In this document: one piece after another, positions 60,501 to 64,000 of the stretch
Numbering within the stretch: position 1 is the first letter of the stretch
Layout: the number at the start of each line of letters is the position of its first letter
Assembly: GCF_009914755.1 (NCBI RefSeq)
Contig: NC_060945.1
Strand: one strand, 5' to 3'
Origin: the human T2T-CHM13v2.0 reference genome, Homo sapiens
DNA length: 64,000 nt
Position numbers and translations under genes: made by a program
The notes under the pieces: generated by a model
Databases searched by the model: none
Told to the model about the DNA's origin: nothing
What the model saw: only the letters and a program-made list of their open reading frames with translations

Positions 60501-63313
60501 CACAAAAAATATTATATCACCAGAGAAAATCACCTTCACTAGAGAAAGATAGGAAGGAAATAAGGAAGAAAAAAAATAAAGAAAACAGAAAACAAATAAC
60601 AAAATGGCAGGGGTAAGTCCTTACTTAATGTAAAAATGTAAATGAACTAAACTCTTCAATCAAAAGAATAGACTGGATGAATGGATGAGATAAATAAGAC
60701 CCATTGATCTGTTGCCTACAAGAAGCACACTTCACCTATAAAAACACAAATAGAGTGAAAATAAAGAGATAGAAAAAGATATTTCATGCCAATGGAAACC
60801 AAAAAAGAGCAGGAGTCACTTTGCTTATATCAGTCAAAATAGACTTCAAAACAAAAACTATAAGAAGAGACAAAGAAATTCACTATATAATGATAAAGGA
60901 GTCAATCCAGCAAGAGGATGTAACAATCTTAAATATATATGCACTCAGCACTGGAGGACTCAGATATATAAAGGAAATATTATTAGAGCTAAAGAGATAG
61001 ATAGGCCCCAATACAATAATAACCAGATACTTCAACACCCCACTTTCAGCATTGGACAGATCTTCCAGACAGAAAATAAACAAAGAAACATCAGACTTAA
61101 TTGGCTCTATAGACCAAATGGATCTAATGGATATTTACAGAATAGTTTCACCTAATAGCTGCAGAATACACATTCTTTTCTTTAGCACATGGATTATTCT
61201 GAAGGATAGACCATATTTTAGGTCACAAAACAAGTCTAAAAACATTCCAAAAAATTGCAATCATATCAAGCGTCTTCTATGACCACAGTGGAATAAAACT
61301 AGAAATAAATAACATGAGGAATTTTGGAAACTATACAAATATATCAAAGTTAAACAACATCCTCCTGAATCACCAGTGGGAAAATGAAGCAATAAAGAAG
61401 AGATTTGAAAACATTTTTGAAACAAATGATAATGGAAACACAACTTACCATACCTATGGGATACAGAAAAAGCAGTACTAAGAGAGAAGTTTGTAGCTAT
61501 AAGTGCCCACATCAAAAAAGAGAAAAAAACTTCAAACGAACAATCTAATGGTGCATCTTAGAAATTAGAAAAGCAAGGACAAACCAAACTCAAAATTAGT
61601 AGAAAAAAATGCGTAGTAAAGATCAGAGCAGAAAAAAATGAAATTGAAATTAAAAAAAAAACAGTGAAAAAAAATTTGTTTTTTTGAAAAGTTAAACAAA
61701 ATTGACAAACTTCAGCCAGATTGAGAAAAAAAAGAGAGAAAATCCAAATAAACAAAATCAGAAATTTAAAAAGAGACATTAAACTGATATTGCAGAAATT
61801 CCAAAGATCATTAGTGGCTACTTTGAGCAACTATATGCCAATAACTTAAAAAATCTAGAAGAAGTGGACAAATTCCTAGACATATACAACCTGCCTAGAT
61901 TGAATCAGGAAGAAATTCAAAACCTGGTTAGACCAATAACAAGTAACAGGATCAAAGTTGTAATAAAAATGGACAAATGGGATAACATCAAGCTAAAAAA
62001 TCTTCTGTAAAGAAAAAGATAATCAACAGAGTGAAGAGACAACTCACAGAATGGGAGAAAATATTTACAAACTACCCACTTGACAAGAGATTAATAAGCA
62101 GAATATATAAGGAGCTCAAACAACTCTATGTGAAAAAATCTAATAATCCAATCAAAAGATGAGCAAAAAATATGTATAGACTTTTCTCAAAAGAAGACAA
62201 ACGAATGGCAACCAGGCATATGGAAACGTGTTCAACATCATTGATCATCATAGAAATGCAAAGTAAAACTATAATGAGATATCATCTCATCCCAATTAAA
62301 ATGATTTATATACAAAAGACAGGCAATAAAAAATGCTGGAGAGGGTATGGAGAAAAGGGAACCTTTGTACATTGATGGTGGGAATGTACATTAGTACAAC
62401 AACCATGGAGAACAGTTCAGAGGTTCTTATAAAACTTAAAATTAAGCTGTCATATGATCCAGTAATCTCACCACTGGACATATATCCGAAAGAATGGAAA
62501 TCAGCATATTTGAGAGATAGCTGCACTCCTATGTTTGTTGTAGCACTGTTTACAATAGCTAAGATCTGGAAGCAACCTAAGTGTCCATCAACAGACAAGT
62601 GGATAAAGAAAATGTGGTACATATACACGATGAAGTACTATTCAGTCATATAAAAGAATGAGATCCAGCCATTTTCAACAACATGGATGGAACTGGGCAT
62701 CATTATGTTAAGGTCATCCAAACTGGAAATTAAGAAGTCAAATTATCCTTGTTTGCTGATGATATGATCTTATATTTGGAAAAATCTAAAGACTTCCCAG
62801 GAAAACTGTTAGAACTGATCAACTGATTACAGATTTATTTCACAAACGTAATGATCTCCAGTTCCATCCATGTTGTTACAAATGACTGGATCTTACATGA
62901 TAAACATCACATGTTCTCACTTATTTGTGGGATTTAAAAATCAAAACAATTGAACTCATGGACACCAAGTAGAAGGATGGTTACCAGTGGCTGGGAAAGG
63001 TAATGGAGGGTTGGGGGGAGGTGGGCATGATTAATGAGTACAAAATCAGTTACAAAGAATGAATAAGACCTACTTTTAATAGCACAAGAGGGTGACTATA
63101 CTCAATAATCACTTAACTGTACATTTTAAAATAACTTGAATAGTGTAACTAGATTGTTTCTAACTCAAAGGATAAATCCTGGAAGGGATGGAAACCCCAC
63201 TTTCCATGATGTGTTTATGTCACATTGTATGCTTGTATCAAAACAACTCATGTACCCCATAAATATATACACCTACTATGTACTCAAAAACATTAAAATA
63301 AAAACTAATAAAA
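57556..63313 (+). mobile_element. Near full-length L1MA (MA1-3-like) with large ORF2 deletion, inserted in Tigger1
   Basis: GGCAAGATGG start; long 5' UTR; ORF1 remnants (ERISELEDRLFEN, RHLIIKL..KDKERILKAAREK); EN domain from 60604; L1MA 3' UTR and A-tail; 19-bp TSD AAAGCTTCAAAAAA(T/C)AGGC at 57537-57555 and 63314-63332. Confidence 0.95.
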
Positions 63314-64000
63314 AAAGCTTCAAAAAACAGGCTGACTTTCTTGGTAGGGGCAAATGCAGCTGATGGCTTTAAATTGAAGCCTATGCTCATTTACCATTCT
63401 GAAGTATTTAGGGCCCTTGAGAATTATGCCAAATCTACGCTGCCTATCCTGTAGAAATGGAACAACAAAGCCTGAATGACAGCACGTCTGTTTATAGCCT
63501 GGTTTCCTGAGTATGTTGAGTCCACAGCTGAGACTTAAGCAGCTGAGACTGCTTAGAAAAAAAAAATTATTTCATAATATTACCTCTCATTGACCATGTA
63601 TCAGGTCACCCAAGAGCTCTGATGGAGACGTACAAGGGGATTAATGATGTTTTCATGCCTATTAACACAACATCCATTCTGCAGCCCATGGATCAAAAAG
63701 ACATTTTATATTCGATTATTCTTGTTTAAGAAATACATTTTGTAAGATTATAGCTGCCACAGATACTGATTCCTCTGATGGATCTGGGAAAAGTAAATTG
63801 AAAACCTCCTGGACAGAATTTATCATTGTAGATGCCTTTAATTGTAATTATGTAATTACAATTGTAATTACATTTGTAATTCATGGGAGGAAGTCAAAAT
63901 ATCTACATTAACAGGCATTTGGAAGAAGTTGACTCCAGCCTTCGCTGATGACTTTGAGGGATCAGGACTTCAAGGGAAGACAAAACTACATATGTGGCAG
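63314..64000 (+). mobile_element. Tigger1 continuation, runs off the window
   Basis: CAGGCTGACTTTCTTG.TAGGGGCAAATGCAGCTG...AACACAACATCCATTCTGCAGCCCATGGATCAA (DDE region, [11 protein letters not shown]). Confidence 0.92.

Noticed and set aside
59320-62653. L1 ORF1/ORF2 peptides as an active or domesticated gene
   Set aside because: Fragmented by stops and frameshifts, with most of RT deleted
56983-64000. Tigger1 transposase as a TIGD-like domesticated gene
   Set aside because: Multiple stops, and split by a 5.8-kb L1

Overview
This is primate (human or ape-like) nuclear DNA, not microbial. It is AT-rich, CpG-poor and lacks a CpG island. It is dominated by interspersed repeats: about 17 Alu-family insertions (AluJ/S/Y, FLAM), old and young L1 fragments, a near full-length L1MA-type element inside a Tigger1, solo LTRs (MSTA, MLT1, MLT2, LTR47, LTR12-type, MER61-type, LTR7, MER34-group, ERVL), MIR/L2, MADE1 and Tigger3a. 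I cannot support any protein-coding gene; the long ORFs come from a microsatellite, Alus or decayed L1s. It looks like a large intron or gene desert. Subfamily names are from visual recall of consensus sequences and need RepeatMasker/Dfam confirmation. I found no convincing new biological system. The best leads are: (1) a 3.16-kb insertion in an old L1 (38161-41325), made of a punctuated (TA)/(CA)/(TG) compound microsatellite plus two short inverted copies of sequence 3.5-5.3 kb upstream, one of which preserves the empty site of a later Alu; (2) several other template-switch or fold-back scars; (3) a nested LTR stack with p53, octamer and KLF motifs; (4) CpG-retaining unique islands and candidate spliced exons, one next to a MADE1 hairpin and bracketed by inverted Alus.
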